NCBI GenBank assembly: GCA_964551645.1
Contig: CAZKDV010000001.1
Span: 17,065-81,064, forward strand
Direction: 5' to 3'
Length of the DNA stretch: 64,000 nt
DNA from: an uncultured Bacteroidales bacterium
GTDB lineage: Bacteria; Bacteroidota; Bacteroidia; Bacteroidales; DTU049
Of this stretch, positions 9,131 to 18,803 are shown one piece after another; within the stretch, counting starts at the first letter, position 1; each line of letters opens with the position of its first letter. Position numbers and translations under genes: made by a program. The notes below the pieces were generated by a model that searched no databases, was not told where the DNA came from, and worked only from the letters and a program-made list of their open reading frames with translations.

Positions 9131-12100
9131 ATGCGTAACTTTAAAGTATATAAAACATCTGCCGGTGCAGGAAAAACTTATTCAATAGTTAAAGAATTTA
9201 TTATTCAAAGCGTTTTAGAAGGCAGTTCGGCACAAAATCTATTGGCTATAACTTTTACTAATAAAGCTGCCAATGAAATGAAAGATAGGATTATTGAGTA
9301 CCTTTTTCAAATAAAAAATCAAAATACATACACCTCCAAGCATATAAATGAACTTATTGACAGTATTGCAAATGAAACAAAAAAAAATCATAATGATATT
9401 AAGAATGCTGCTGAAAAAATACTACAAATAATTCTTCATAAATATCATTACTTTTCAGTTTCAACCATTGATAGTTTTGTTCATGATTTATTAAGAACAT
9501 TTAGCCGAGACTTAAAACTACCCGACAATTTTAATGTCGAATTGGAAGAAGATATTTTGATTGGAGTTATTGTGAGCGAATTATATACACAATTGGGAAA
9601 AAACGATAAAACATCGAATGAGATAACTAAGTACATGATAGACTTTTCTTTAAGAGAATTAGAAGAAAACGACAAATGGGATATCACTTGGTCTTTAAAA
9701 AATATTGCTAAAATCATATTTTCTGAAGAAGGCATGCAATATCTTGATGAAATTAGAACAGTTGAACTTGAAGAGTACAAACAATCAATTAACAATATTT
9801 GGGAAAAACTTAGAGGACACGCAAAAAACATAAGGGAAATTTCTGAAAAAGCCATGAATGCTATTCACTCTGCCAATTTAGAGATAACTGATTTTTATTA
9901 CTCGGACAAAGGGATTGCTGGTTTTTTCAAGAAAAACACTAAATATGTTGAAGGCAGTCAAATTAAAACCAATTCTTACATAACAAAAACTATTGATGAG
10001 GGAAATTGGAGTAAAAGCAATTCCAAAACAATAATTCCTACCGATTTACAAGCAACACTTACTGACTTATACAATAAAATTATCTTTTCTCCGCTCACTC
10101 CACACCTTAAACTGCTTAATGAAATTAGGAAATCTCTTACCCCTATGGCGCTTGTTGGCACTATGCTAAAGATACTTGACGAATACAAAGAAAGCGAGAA
10201 TATAATTCATATTTCAGAATTTAATAAGTATATTTCGGATATTGTAAGAAACGAACCTGCACCATTTATATATGAAAGAATTGGTCAATTATACAAACAT
10301 TTTTTTATAGATGAATTTCAAGACACTAGTATAGTTCAATGGCATAATATTCTGCCCCTTATTGATAACGCACTTTCTCAACAACAAGGCAATAATCCAA
10401 GCACTACATTTATTGTAGGCGATATCAAACAAGCTATTTATAGATTTAGAAATAGTGAAATGCAGCAACTAATGGAGTTGCCAAACATTTATGCAAAAGA
10501 ATTATCAGGGAGTCATTATTCAAATATAGAAAATAATTTGCGTAACAATTATTTTGACCAAACAACAGATGAAAATTACAAAAACACCAATTATCGTTCG
10601 GATGAATATATTGTAGAATTTAATAACAAACACTTTGAGTGGATTCATAATCAGTTTGATTATCCAAAAACAAATGATTTTATCTCAAGAGCATATAAAG
10701 ATGCTTCGCAAGCCATAGCTCAAGGCAAGGAAGGAAAAGGCTTAGTAGAAGTTCACATTTTAAATAATGAAACATATAAAGAAGCAAGTTTACACAGAGT
10801 TGTAGAAATCATCAAGTTCTTAGCAAAATTAGAGAATGAGAGTATTAATTATAATGACATAGCAATTTTAGTTCGAACCAAAGCTAATGCAAAAAATATA
10901 GCTCAATACTTAATGCAGCTAAAAGAACCAATTCCTGTAATTAGCGATGAGTCATTAGAACTATCATTTTCTCCGAAAGTAAATTTTCTTATCAGTTTAT
11001 TGAAAATAATTGAAAATAATAATAGCCCTTTGGCAATAGCAAACGCTGTTTCATATATTTATCAGTATATCAAAACCCCCAACCACATTGTATCTTTTGG
11101 AAGTTATATTGAACAAATATTTAGGAGCAATTCAAATCCTTTTGGCAAATTTGATGAATTATTGAATGATATTGGCATTTCAATCAATTGGAATATGATG
11201 AATTTTACTCATCTCAATACTGCTATCACCTATCTAATTGATGCTTGTTCTTTCAACAAAACAGTAGATCCGTATATCTTATTTTTTCAAAATACAGTAA
11301 TAGACTATACTAAGCAAAACAACGGAAACATTAGCGATTTTATAGAATGGTGGGAGCTTATTGGCAGCAAAAAAAGTATTATTGTTCCCGAAGGTGCTAA
11401 TGCTGTTAAAATACTAACTATCCACAAATCAAAAGGACTTCAGTTTGAAAATGTTATTTATCCATTTGCCGATTTTTCTTTAGTGCACAAACAAAAAGTT
11501 TGGATGCCAAAAAAAGATTTACCCGATATTGTTAAAAATCTTTTACCTAACGACTTAGAACATCTTTTAATATCCGAAACTGCATTGGAGGCAAATAACG
11601 ATAATGATGCGTATGACATTATTAACGCAGAATCAAAAAAACAAGAATTAGACGGATTAAACATTCACTATGTTGCAATGACAAGAGCTAAAAACAAACT
11701 TTTTGTTCTGACAAAGAAAGAAGATGACGAAAAAGGAAATTTGACCAAAATAAGTCATATTATAAATAAGTTTATTAACGAAAAGAAGAATGACAAAGAA
11801 TTTCATCTTGAAACTGATGAAGAAAACGATATATACAAATACGGAATTAATACAGAAATTAATATTTTACAACAAGAAACTTCTTTGCAAGACCAACCAG
11901 AATTGCACACTTATCACACACAAACAAATGCTGTCAAAACACTACATGTTAAAAGAAGTAAAGTTTTGAAAAAAGCAACTAAACTTCAAATAGGAATACA
12001 ATTTCATCTATTTTTGTCTCAAACTAATTCATTAAACAATATTCAAGAAAAATTTATTTCGTTCTGTGCCAAAAATAATACTGATAATGAAAAGCAACAA

Positions 12101-12406
12101 ATTATGCAGTTGATGTTAAATCAATTGATTGAAAATCAAGAATATGCAGACTTAATATTTTCTGACACTTATCAGACTGCCAATGAAGTTAATATCATTA
12201 CAAAAAATGGTTTGTACAAACCCGACAAACTAATTTGGAAAGACAATGAAATAAAAGTAATAGACTTTAAAACAGGAAAACCTAATGAAAAGCACAAAAA
12301 ACAAGTAGCTAATTATAAACAACTTTTAACAGAAATGTCTTATCAGGTAAATGATGCCTATTTAATATACATAGATGAAGATAAAATACATACGATAAAA
12401 GTTTAA
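9131..12406 (+). CDS. UvrD/Rep-family helicase fused to a C-terminal PD-(D/E)XK nuclease (AddA-like)
   Basis: Walker A AGAGKTY and TFTNKAANEM near the N-terminus, then FIDEFQDTS and VAMTRAK helicase motifs. The C-terminus DKLIWKDNEIKVIDFKTGK is a PD-(D/E)XK-like D..(D/E)xK pattern. It starts 11 nt after ung. Confidence 0.8.
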   Translation: MRNFKVYKTSAGAGKTYSIVKEFIIQSVLEGSSAQNLLAITFTNKAANEMKDRIIEYLFQIKNQNTYTSKHINELIDSIANETKKNHNDIKNAAEKILQIILHKYHYFSVSTIDSFVHDLLRTFSRDLKLPDNFNVELEEDILIGVIVSELYTQLGKNDKTSNEITKYMIDFSLRELEENDKWDITWSLKNIAKIIFSEEGMQYLDEIRTVELEEYKQSINNIWEKLRGHAKNIREISEKAMNAIHSANLEITDFYYSDKGIAGFFKKNTKYVEGSQIKTNSYITKTIDEGNWSKSNSKTIIPTDLQATLTDLYNKIIFSPLTPHLKLLNEIRKSLTPMALVGTMLKILDEYKESENIIHISEFNKYISDIVRNEPAPFIYERIGQLYKHFFIDEFQDTSIVQWHNILPLIDNALSQQQGNNPSTTFIVGDIKQAIYRFRNSEMQQLMELPNIYAKELSGSHYSNIENNLRNNYFDQTTDENYKNTNYRSDEYIVEFNNKHFEWIHNQFDYPKTNDFISRAYKDASQAIAQGKEGKGLVEVHILNNETYKEASLHRVVEIIKFLAKLENESINYNDIAILVRTKANAKNIAQYLMQLKEPIPVISDESLELSFSPKVNFLISLLKIIENNNSPLAIANAVSYIYQYIKTPNHIVSFGSYIEQIFRSNSNPFGKFDELLNDIGISINWNMMNFTHLNTAITYLIDACSFNKTVDPYILFFQNTVIDYTKQNNGNISDFIEWWELIGSKKSIIVPEGANAVKILTIHKSKGLQFENVIYPFADFSLVHKQKVWMPKKDLPDIVKNLLPNDLEHLLISETALEANNDNDAYDIINAESKKQELDGLNIHYVAMTRAKNKLFVLTKKEDDEKGNLTKISHIINKFINEKKNDKEFHLETDEENDIYKYGINTEINILQQETSLQDQPELHTYHTQTNAVKTLHVKRSKVLKKATKLQIGIQFHLFLSQTNSLNNIQEKFISFCAKNNTDNEKQQIMQLMLNQLIENQEYADLIFSDTYQTANEVNIITKNGLYKPDKLIWKDNEIKVIDFKTGKPNEKHKKQVANYKQLLTEMSYQVNDAYLIYIDEDKIHTIKV

Positions 12407-12462
12407 TTCATTGCAAATAAGCCAAAAAAACATTTTTTAAATCCTTATGCAAATATTTTGTT

Positions 12463-12470
12463 TAATTTTG
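12463..12470 (+). promoter_or_regulatory. -7 promoter box TAATTTTG for the Wzz-like gene pair
   Basis: Matches TAnnTTTG, 20 nt upstream of the ATG at 12490. Confidence 0.4.
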
Positions 12471-12489
12471 ACCACTAATTTTTTTTAAA

Positions 12490-13506
12490 ATGACAAATAC
12501 TAAAAACTCTAATCAAGAGAACGCATTTAACTCTACTTCTCTCATACAGTTTTTTTGGAAGTGGAGAAAAATCCTTATTATTGTTTCAATTGTTGCATTT
12601 GTAGTATCAGCTGCTATTTCTTTGCTAATCACACCCAAATACAAATCAACTGTAATTATGTTTCCAACTTCAACCAACTCTATTTCCAAAGCCTTACTAT
12701 CTGACACCTACGGCTTGAAACAAGATGTGATGGAGTTCGGAGAAGAAGAACAAAGCGAGCAATTGCTTCAAGTGCTACATTCAAGTGTAATTCGAGATAA
12801 AATTTCTCAAAAGTATGATTTATATAATCACTATAAGATACCCGAAAATGCCAAGATGAAGCAAACCAGATTAATTAAGGAATACAACAACAATATTAAA
12901 TTTAGAAGAACCCAATATATGGCTGTTGAAGTATCTGTTTTGGATAAAGATGCCCAAATGGCTGCTGATATTGCCAACGACATTGTATCTCTTTTGGATA
13001 CAATTATGAATAATATGCAAAAAGAAAGAGCCATTAGAGGCTACGAAATTGTTGCTCATACATATAATAAACTAAAACAAGAAATACAAGAAATGGAAGA
13101 CTCTCTTTCATTTTTAAGAACTAAAGGAATTCATGACTACGAATCGCAAGCTGAAAGACTTTATGAATCATTATCAAAAGAACTTGCATCTGGAAACACA
13201 AGAGGAATAAAAGCAATAGAAAACCGACTTGACACCTTAGCCAAATACGGAAGTGGATTCGTATCTATTAGAGACCAACTTGAGCATGAGAAAAAACAAT
13301 TAAGCGCAATAAAATCAAAATATGAAGAGGCAAAAGTTGATGCCGAAGAGTTTTTGCCACACAAATTTATTGTTGACCACGCATATAAAGCTGAGAAAAA
13401 AAGCTATCCAATCAGGTGGTTAATTGTTGTCGTTTCTACATTCTCTACTTTCTTTTTCGCTTTGATAATTATTATCATTAAAGAAAATCTAAAGAATTTA
13501 TCTTAA
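12490..13506 (+). CDS. Wzz/chain-length-determinant-like (PCP family) membrane protein, copy 1
   Basis: N-terminal TM segment followed by PKYKSTVIMFP (Wzz-type P.Y.S motif). It has a long coiled-coil periplasmic region and a C-terminal TM after YPIRWLIVVV. Confidence 0.65.
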   Translation: MTNTKNSNQENAFNSTSLIQFFWKWRKILIIVSIVAFVVSAAISLLITPKYKSTVIMFPTSTNSISKALLSDTYGLKQDVMEFGEEEQSEQLLQVLHSSVIRDKISQKYDLYNHYKIPENAKMKQTRLIKEYNNNIKFRRTQYMAVEVSVLDKDAQMAADIANDIVSLLDTIMNNMQKERAIRGYEIVAHTYNKLKQEIQEMEDSLSFLRTKGIHDYESQAERLYESLSKELASGNTRGIKAIENRLDTLAKYGSGFVSIRDQLEHEKKQLSAIKSKYEEAKVDAEEFLPHKFIVDHAYKAEKKSYPIRWLIVVVSTFSTFFFALIIIIIKENLKNLS

Positions 13507-13518
13507 AAATATAACATT

Positions 13519-14457
13519 ATGGATTTAGATAATAGAAATTTATTGTTTTTATTAAAAAAGTGGAAAAAACCATTGTTTTTAGTGTTCCTTGCATCTGTTC
13601 TACTTTCAATTGTTTTTACATCTCCCTTTTTTATTAAACCGCTTTACAAATCAAGTGCGACGCTATATCCGGTAAATATTTTTAGCTATTCTGACGAATC
13701 TCCGACCGAACAAATGGTTCAACTTCTTTCTTCAAAAGAACTACACAAGCAAATTGTTGAAGACTTAAATCTGATTTCATATTACAATATAAATCCAGAC
13801 GACAAACTTGCTGAAATGAAAGTGCTTCAAAAACTTGAAAAAAGATTTAAAATAAAAAGAACACAATATGAATCTGTTGATTTAGAAGTACACGACCATG
13901 ACGCTGAATTTGCACACAAGCTGTTGCAAAATATTTTGACACAATATAATGAATTTGCACTTAAACTTGTCAAAGCCAGAGCAAGTGAAATTTATGTGAT
14001 TAATAGAGACCTGTATTTTAAAAAACAACAACAAGTTGACTCCTTAAAAAAGCACATTCAGCACCTTATTGAGGAAAATAATCTGTACGAGCATAATATT
14101 TTAAAAGAAACAATGAGAGGTGCATCTCAAACACTTACCAACACTGATGCTCAAAGTATAAAACTAAGAAATGCTTTATCGTCTGCATCTTTAGAGATAT
14201 TTTCCAACCAAATTATCCTCGAAGCCGATGTTAAATATCTTGCAGAACTAAAAAATGAATATGTTAAATCTCTTATTGACTTGGATAAAAAACTCGAATT
14301 TGCAAACACAGTATCATATCCAGATATTTCATACAAAAAAGTTTACCCAATCAGATGGCTAATTGTTTTATTATTATCTAGTGCAACTATATTTTTCACT
14401 ATTGTACTAATAATTTTAATTGAAAAAAAACATCAATATAATGTTGCACAAAAATAG
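13519..14457 (+). CDS. Wzz/chain-length-determinant-like membrane protein, copy 2 (paralog)
   Basis: Same architecture as copy 1: a TM segment, then KPLYKSSATLYP, a coiled coil, and YPIRWLIVLLL plus a TM. It is collinear with the upstream gene. Confidence 0.6.
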   Translation: MDLDNRNLLFLLKKWKKPLFLVFLASVLLSIVFTSPFFIKPLYKSSATLYPVNIFSYSDESPTEQMVQLLSSKELHKQIVEDLNLISYYNINPDDKLAEMKVLQKLEKRFKIKRTQYESVDLEVHDHDAEFAHKLLQNILTQYNEFALKLVKARASEIYVINRDLYFKKQQQVDSLKKHIQHLIEENNLYEHNILKETMRGASQTLTNTDAQSIKLRNALSSASLEIFSNQIILEADVKYLAELKNEYVKSLIDLDKKLEFANTVSYPDISYKKVYPIRWLIVLLLSSATIFFTIVLIILIEKKHQYNVAQK

Positions 14458-15919
14458 TTTACTTAAAACAATAGGGCAAAATAAAAAAATACTGATACTT
14501 GTACTAACTTTTGTGTTCTTTGCAGTTAATACTTATTTAGTTACAAAGGAACTTTATTTGTTTTCTGTTTTACCTTTAATTATCCTTATCATATATTTAT
14601 ATTTTAAATCTCTTGATTTAGTTTTTTTTATTGCTGTTGCTTTAACTCCTCTTTCATTTGAATTATATTTCGAAAATTTCAATATGGGAATTAATCTCCC
14701 TTCGGAAGCATTATTTATAGGTATTCTTATTTTATTTTTCTTTAAACTTCTATTAAAAAATCCTCTAAACCACAAGTTTACTAAACACGCTATTTCTTTT
14801 TGGATTTTGCTACATCTATTTTGGATGTTTATTACATCAATAACAAGTCAAATTCCACTTGTATCATTCAAATATTTATTCATGCAATTGTGGTTTATAG
14901 TTCCATTATACTTTTTTGGGTCATTGCTGTTTAAAGACAAGAAAAAAATATACACTTTTTTGTTTTTAATGATTATTGCTGTTTGCATTACAATCATATA
15001 CACAAGCATTCATCATGCTATGCACGGATTTGCCGAAAAATCAGGAAATTGGGTTATGAAACCTTTCTATAATGACCATACTGCCTATGGAGCTGTTCTT
15101 GCTCTTTTATTACCTATTTCTTTCGGAATTTTTCTTAAAAGCAAATTTTCAAAAACGATTAAGCTTTTTATGCTAATTGCCTCTGCACTTATTTTATTAG
15201 GGATTTTCTTGTCTTTTAGTAGGGCTACATGGATGAGCGTTGCCCTATCACTTATATTTTTAATCATCGTAGTGTATAAAATAAAACTTAGATATTTGTT
15301 TTTAGGAAGTCTTTTTGTAATTGGTCTTGCATACCTAAATATGGATACAATTTTACGCAAACTTGAAAAAAACCGACAAGATTCTTCAGCACATTTTGTG
15401 GAACATGTCCGTTCTATCACAAATATCTCAACAGACGCATCTAATCTTGAAAGAATAAACCGCTGGAAATCTTCAATAAGAATGTTTAAAGATTATCCGT
15501 TTTTTGGAACAGGCTCAGGAACATACCAATTTTTATATGCTCCTTATCAAAAATCAAAAGATAGGACTATCATAAGCACCAATGCAGGAGACTTAGGCAA
15601 TGCTCACAGCGAATATCTTACTCCACTATCCGAAAGAGGAGTATTTGGATTATTGATTTTTATTGGAATCATTATTTCTGTATTTACTACAGGCATACGA
15701 ACCTACAATAGAACAAAAGATGTGGAAATTAAAATGATTATGATATGTCTATTAACCGGATTATTTTCTTATCTAATCCACGGCTTTTTGAATAATTTTT
15801 TAGACAAAGATTATGCTTCCGTAATATTTTGGGGATTTGTATGTATAATTACTTCTTTGAGCATAACAACAAAAGAACAACAATTGAACGAATTGACACA
15901 AAATACACTTTTAAACTAA
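14441..15919 (+). CDS. O-antigen ligase/polymerase family (Wzy_C-like) polytopic membrane protein
   Basis: About 10-12 hydrophobic segments. It has the FSFSRATWM loop motif and NAHSEYL, typical of the O-antigen ligase domain. The ATG at 14441 overlaps the upstream stop (14455-14457) by 17 nt; the track start at 14420 is TTG. Confidence 0.7.
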   Translation: MLHKNSLLKTIGQNKKILILVLTFVFFAVNTYLVTKELYLFSVLPLIILIIYLYFKSLDLVFFIAVALTPLSFELYFENFNMGINLPSEALFIGILILFFFKLLLKNPLNHKFTKHAISFWILLHLFWMFITSITSQIPLVSFKYLFMQLWFIVPLYFFGSLLFKDKKKIYTFLFLMIIAVCITIIYTSIHHAMHGFAEKSGNWVMKPFYNDHTAYGAVLALLLPISFGIFLKSKFSKTIKLFMLIASALILLGIFLSFSRATWMSVALSLIFLIIVVYKIKLRYLFLGSLFVIGLAYLNMDTILRKLEKNRQDSSAHFVEHVRSITNISTDASNLERINRWKSSIRMFKDYPFFGTGSGTYQFLYAPYQKSKDRTIISTNAGDLGNAHSEYLTPLSERGVFGLLIFIGIIISVFTTGIRTYNRTKDVEIKMIMICLLTGLFSYLIHGFLNNFLDKDYASVIFWGFVCIITSLSITTKEQQLNELTQNTLLN

Positions 15920-16203
15920 ATATTATTTCATTTTAGTAAAAATTGTTTTTCCACGAAACACATCGGTATTATATTCTAAATAGGCATTTATTTCCCGCTC
16001 AATATCATATATTGAGTGTAAAACTCATCGTTTTTCGCATTTTTGCTTTTGTCAGATTTCTATTACTCGCTTTTTTATCTATCATTTGCTGTCCGATTTA
16101 CGATAACAAGTCTAAAACGGACTTTTTACATTTACGGCATCATATTAATCTTTCACCTGACACATTAGTCTTGCTGCCAAATACAAAATAATTTACAATA
16201 ATA

Positions 16204-17457
16204 TTATAATTTCGAATAAACATATTGTGTCAATTTTGACAACATATTTACATAGCTTCCGTATTCATTATCATACCAAGCAAATATCTTGGCTTGAGTT
16301 ACGGGAATACTAACATTTGTTTTTGTTGAGCCAATTGAACTTAAAATGCTACTGTCAATTTTCAAATTTGCAGTTTTGGCATCTGTTTCATTTCCTTCAA
16401 TAATCACTGCTGCACGCTTTCCGATAAGATCGGCAGACACATTTTGCCTCATAGAAAACTCCAACATATCTTTTTGCTCTCCGTTTGCTGCCTGTTTAAA
16501 CAAATTATTCAAATATGCTTTATCAATAACATTTGCATTTCCATTTGCGTCAAATGTTGGGCTAAATGACATATTCAAAGAAATCAGAGAAACTGTGTTA
16601 GTTGGTATTCTGATTGAGTCAGCCATAAATCCTATTTCTTGAATTTGAGGAAGAACATTTACGAGGGCTTTTGCAGCACCTGTTGTAGAAAGAATAACAT
16701 TATTAAGTATTGATCTGTTTTTTCTCAAATCGCTTGCTCCGGTTTTCGGCATAGAATCTAAAACCGACTGAGTGTTAGTTGCAGCATGTATTGTTGACAT
16801 GGTTGCCGTAAGTATTTGTGAAATTTTATCAGATTCAAGAATTGGTTTCATCATGTGTGCCAATGCGGTAGTTGTGCAGCTGGCTGCTGAAATTATATTA
16901 TGTTTTTCGGGTAAAAAATCTAAATGATTAATTCCGTAAACCATCATAACAACATCTTCGGGGACTCCATTTGCCGAATTTTTAATTTTGTAGGGGGCGC
17001 TTAATATTACTTTTTTTGCTCCTGCTTCAAGATGTCCTCTCAAATCGCCTTTTGAAGAGTTAAGTCCTACTGATGGGTCAGAAAATTGTCCCGAGCAATC
17101 AACTACAATACTCACATTCTCATTATCCCAAGCAATATCTTTGGGATTTCTTTGAGTATTTAGTATTTTTACTGGAAAACCGTCAATTTCCAACAGAATA
17201 TTTTTGTCAGAATCAAGCAATTTAATCTCTACTTTTTTCCCTGATCTACCATATAAAAATTGGCTTAAATCGCCATAAGTTGAGTCAGACTCAATAACTG
17301 TAATAATATCTTCTAGTTTTTTTCCTACTTCGCGTCCTACATTTATTACAATTCCATCAAAGTATCGTTCAATTAATTGGTGCCATAAAAAAAGTTTACC
17401 AATTCTTCCAAGGCTATTAATGCCTAAAATTTTTTTGTTATTAATATTTATGCTCAT
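16204..17457 (-). CDS. gap: Glyceraldehyde-3-phosphate dehydrogenase family protein, long form (417 aa)
   Basis: GINSLGRIGK matches the NAD-binding GINGFGRIGR. Catalytic ASCTTTAL matches ASCTTNCL, TIHAATNTQ matches the TxHxxTxxQ box, and C-terminal AWYDNEYGY-like WYDNEYGSYV is present. It is longer than the classical form because of insertions. Confidence 0.7.
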   Translation of the reverse strand: MSININNKKILGINSLGRIGKLFLWHQLIERYFDGIVINVGREVGKKLEDIITVIESDSTYGDLSQFLYGRSGKKVEIKLLDSDKNILLEIDGFPVKILNTQRNPKDIAWDNENVSIVVDCSGQFSDPSVGLNSSKGDLRGHLEAGAKKVILSAPYKIKNSANGVPEDVVMMVYGINHLDFLPEKHNIISAASCTTTALAHMMKPILESDKISQILTATMSTIHAATNTQSVLDSMPKTGASDLRKNRSILNNVILSTTGAAKALVNVLPQIQEIGFMADSIRIPTNTVSLISLNMSFSPTFDANGNANVIDKAYLNNLFKQAANGEQKDMLEFSMRQNVSADLIGKRAAVIIEGNETDAKTANLKIDSSILSSIGSTKTNVSIPVTQAKIFAWYDNEYGSYVNMLSKLTQYVYSKL

Positions 17458-17489
17458 AATAAAGATATTTATTTAGTACACTATATTTG

Positions 17490-17497
17490 CAAATTTA
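17490..17497 (-). promoter_or_regulatory. -7 promoter box TAAATTTG for the GAPDH-family gene
   Basis: The plus-strand caaattta is the reverse complement of TAnnTTTG, 33 nt upstream of the ATG at 17457. Confidence 0.45.
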
Positions 17498-17853
17498 TAC
17501 AATAATTTTATCATTTTTAAGTATTGGTGATTTTATTTTTTAGTCGGTAGCAACTTCCAATTTGTCAATACTTATTTATTAATTGCGTTGTTTTTTTGCA
17601 ATTTAGCAATTATGATAAAATTCTATTACAAATCAATTTTTTGCTTGTCGTTCTGCTTTTGCTCCATTCGGTCATTGCATCTCCAAACAACACCACGCAA
17701 CTACAATGGGCTAGCTTTTGTATTATTAAGAGCATATTGTTAAAGTTCTTGATAATAATTGAAGTTCTTGACAAAAAAACCATATCTATAAAAAAGGAAA
17801 CAAAAGGCAAGTATAAGCAGAATTAGCACCTGCTTTGGCAATAGCTAATAAAA

Positions 17854-18786
17854 CTAAAACATTTTTTTTCGTTTAGTCAAATAAGGTTTTAAAATGCTGT
17901 CGGGTGGTGAATTAATATCTATTTCAACAACATCTATTCTATGTGCCGAACATTTTTTTGTAATATCCTGAAACATATTTTTTAAATATTCTTGGTATTC
18001 GTCTCGTATATCGTTTGGGTTTAAAATCAGTTCAGAGCCTGTTTCCATATCAATAAACTTATGCGGTCTATTTTCATAATTCAATTCAAATTCTTTTTGC
18101 TTATCGTTTATATGAAAAACAATTATTTCATGTTTATTATGTCTTAAATGTTGCAATGCGTCAATGATTTGAGGAGCTGAATTATGTCCGTCCAACATAT
18201 CACTAATGATGACGACCAAAGATCGTTTGTGAATTTGTTCGGCAATTTGATGCAAAGTGTCAGCAATTGCAGTTGGTTTGCGTTTATCTGTTCCTATTTC
18301 TTTGGCAATGCTATCCAAAGTGTTCATCAAATGCTTGTGATGTTGGCTTGTTGACCTTGCTCCCGTATGAAATTCTATTTTGTCAGAAAATACTGTTAAT
18401 CCAAAAGCATCTCTTTGTAGCTTTAACAAATAAATGATAACTGCAGCTACAAATAAGCCATAGTTTGTTTTGCTTTTTGAAATAAATGGCTTAGTTTCGT
18501 CAAAAGGAAAATACATTGAAGAAGAATTGTCAAAAACTATATGACAACGCAAATTTGTTTCTTCTTCAAATTTTTTCACAAACAATTTGTCTGTTCTGCC
18601 AAACAACTTCCAATCAATATGCTTAATACTTTCTCCTTGATTATATTGTCTGTGTTCAGCAAACTCAACTGAAAATCCATGAAAAGGGCTTTTATGCAAT
18701 CCAGTTATAAAACCAGCAACAGCCTGACGAGCAAGTAATTCAAGATGACTGTATAATTGTATTTCTTGTTCGTTGTAAAGAGCCAA
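17854..18786 (-). CDS. DUF58 domain protein (vWA-like, MoxR-associated family)
   Basis: The signature HRQYNQGESIKHIDWKLFGRTDKLFVKKFEEETNL matches the DUF58 Y..GD..R.IDWK..AR...L.VK.FE.E core. A TTG start at 18786 is the only in-frame start, 17 nt after the trxA stop. Confidence 0.8.
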   Translation of the reverse strand: MALYNEQEIQLYSHLELLARQAVAGFITGLHKSPFHGFSVEFAEHRQYNQGESIKHIDWKLFGRTDKLFVKKFEEETNLRCHIVFDNSSSMYFPFDETKPFISKSKTNYGLFVAAVIIYLLKLQRDAFGLTVFSDKIEFHTGARSTSQHHKHLMNTLDSIAKEIGTDKRKPTAIADTLHQIAEQIHKRSLVVIISDMLDGHNSAPQIIDALQHLRHNKHEIIVFHINDKQKEFELNYENRPHKFIDMETGSELILNPNDIRDEYQEYLKNMFQDITKKCSAHRIDVVEIDINSPPDSILKPYLTKRKKMF

Positions 18787-18803
18787 AATATTAAACTTAA
18801 AAA

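Noticed and set aside
9481-9855. 124-aa minus-strand ORF inside the helicase-nuclease gene. This also covers 9976..10188 and 11458..11664.
   Set aside because: They are antisense to a gene with clear helicase motifs. The products are Ser/Leu/Phe-rich with no recognisable features.
16112-16122. 11-mer ctaaaacggac shared with 60945-60955 at the end of the transposase remnant. I considered a second IS end or MITE fragment in the 15920-16203 gap.
   Set aside because: No similarity extends beyond the 11-mer on either side. A single short match is insufficient evidence.
15943-16191. 82-aa plus-strand ORF in the long convergent intergenic region.
   Set aside because: It has a non-ATG start, no promoter box at the proper distance, and an odd His/Phe/Leu-rich composition. 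The region is treated as non-coding and reported as a possible sRNA or UTR instead.
17596-17826. Overlapping 76-aa (+) and 66-aa (-) ORFs between the GAPDH-family gene and the DUF58 gene.
   Set aside because: The plus ORF starts with TTG, and both products are low complexity. Their mutual overlap suggests chance ORFs in AT-rich DNA.
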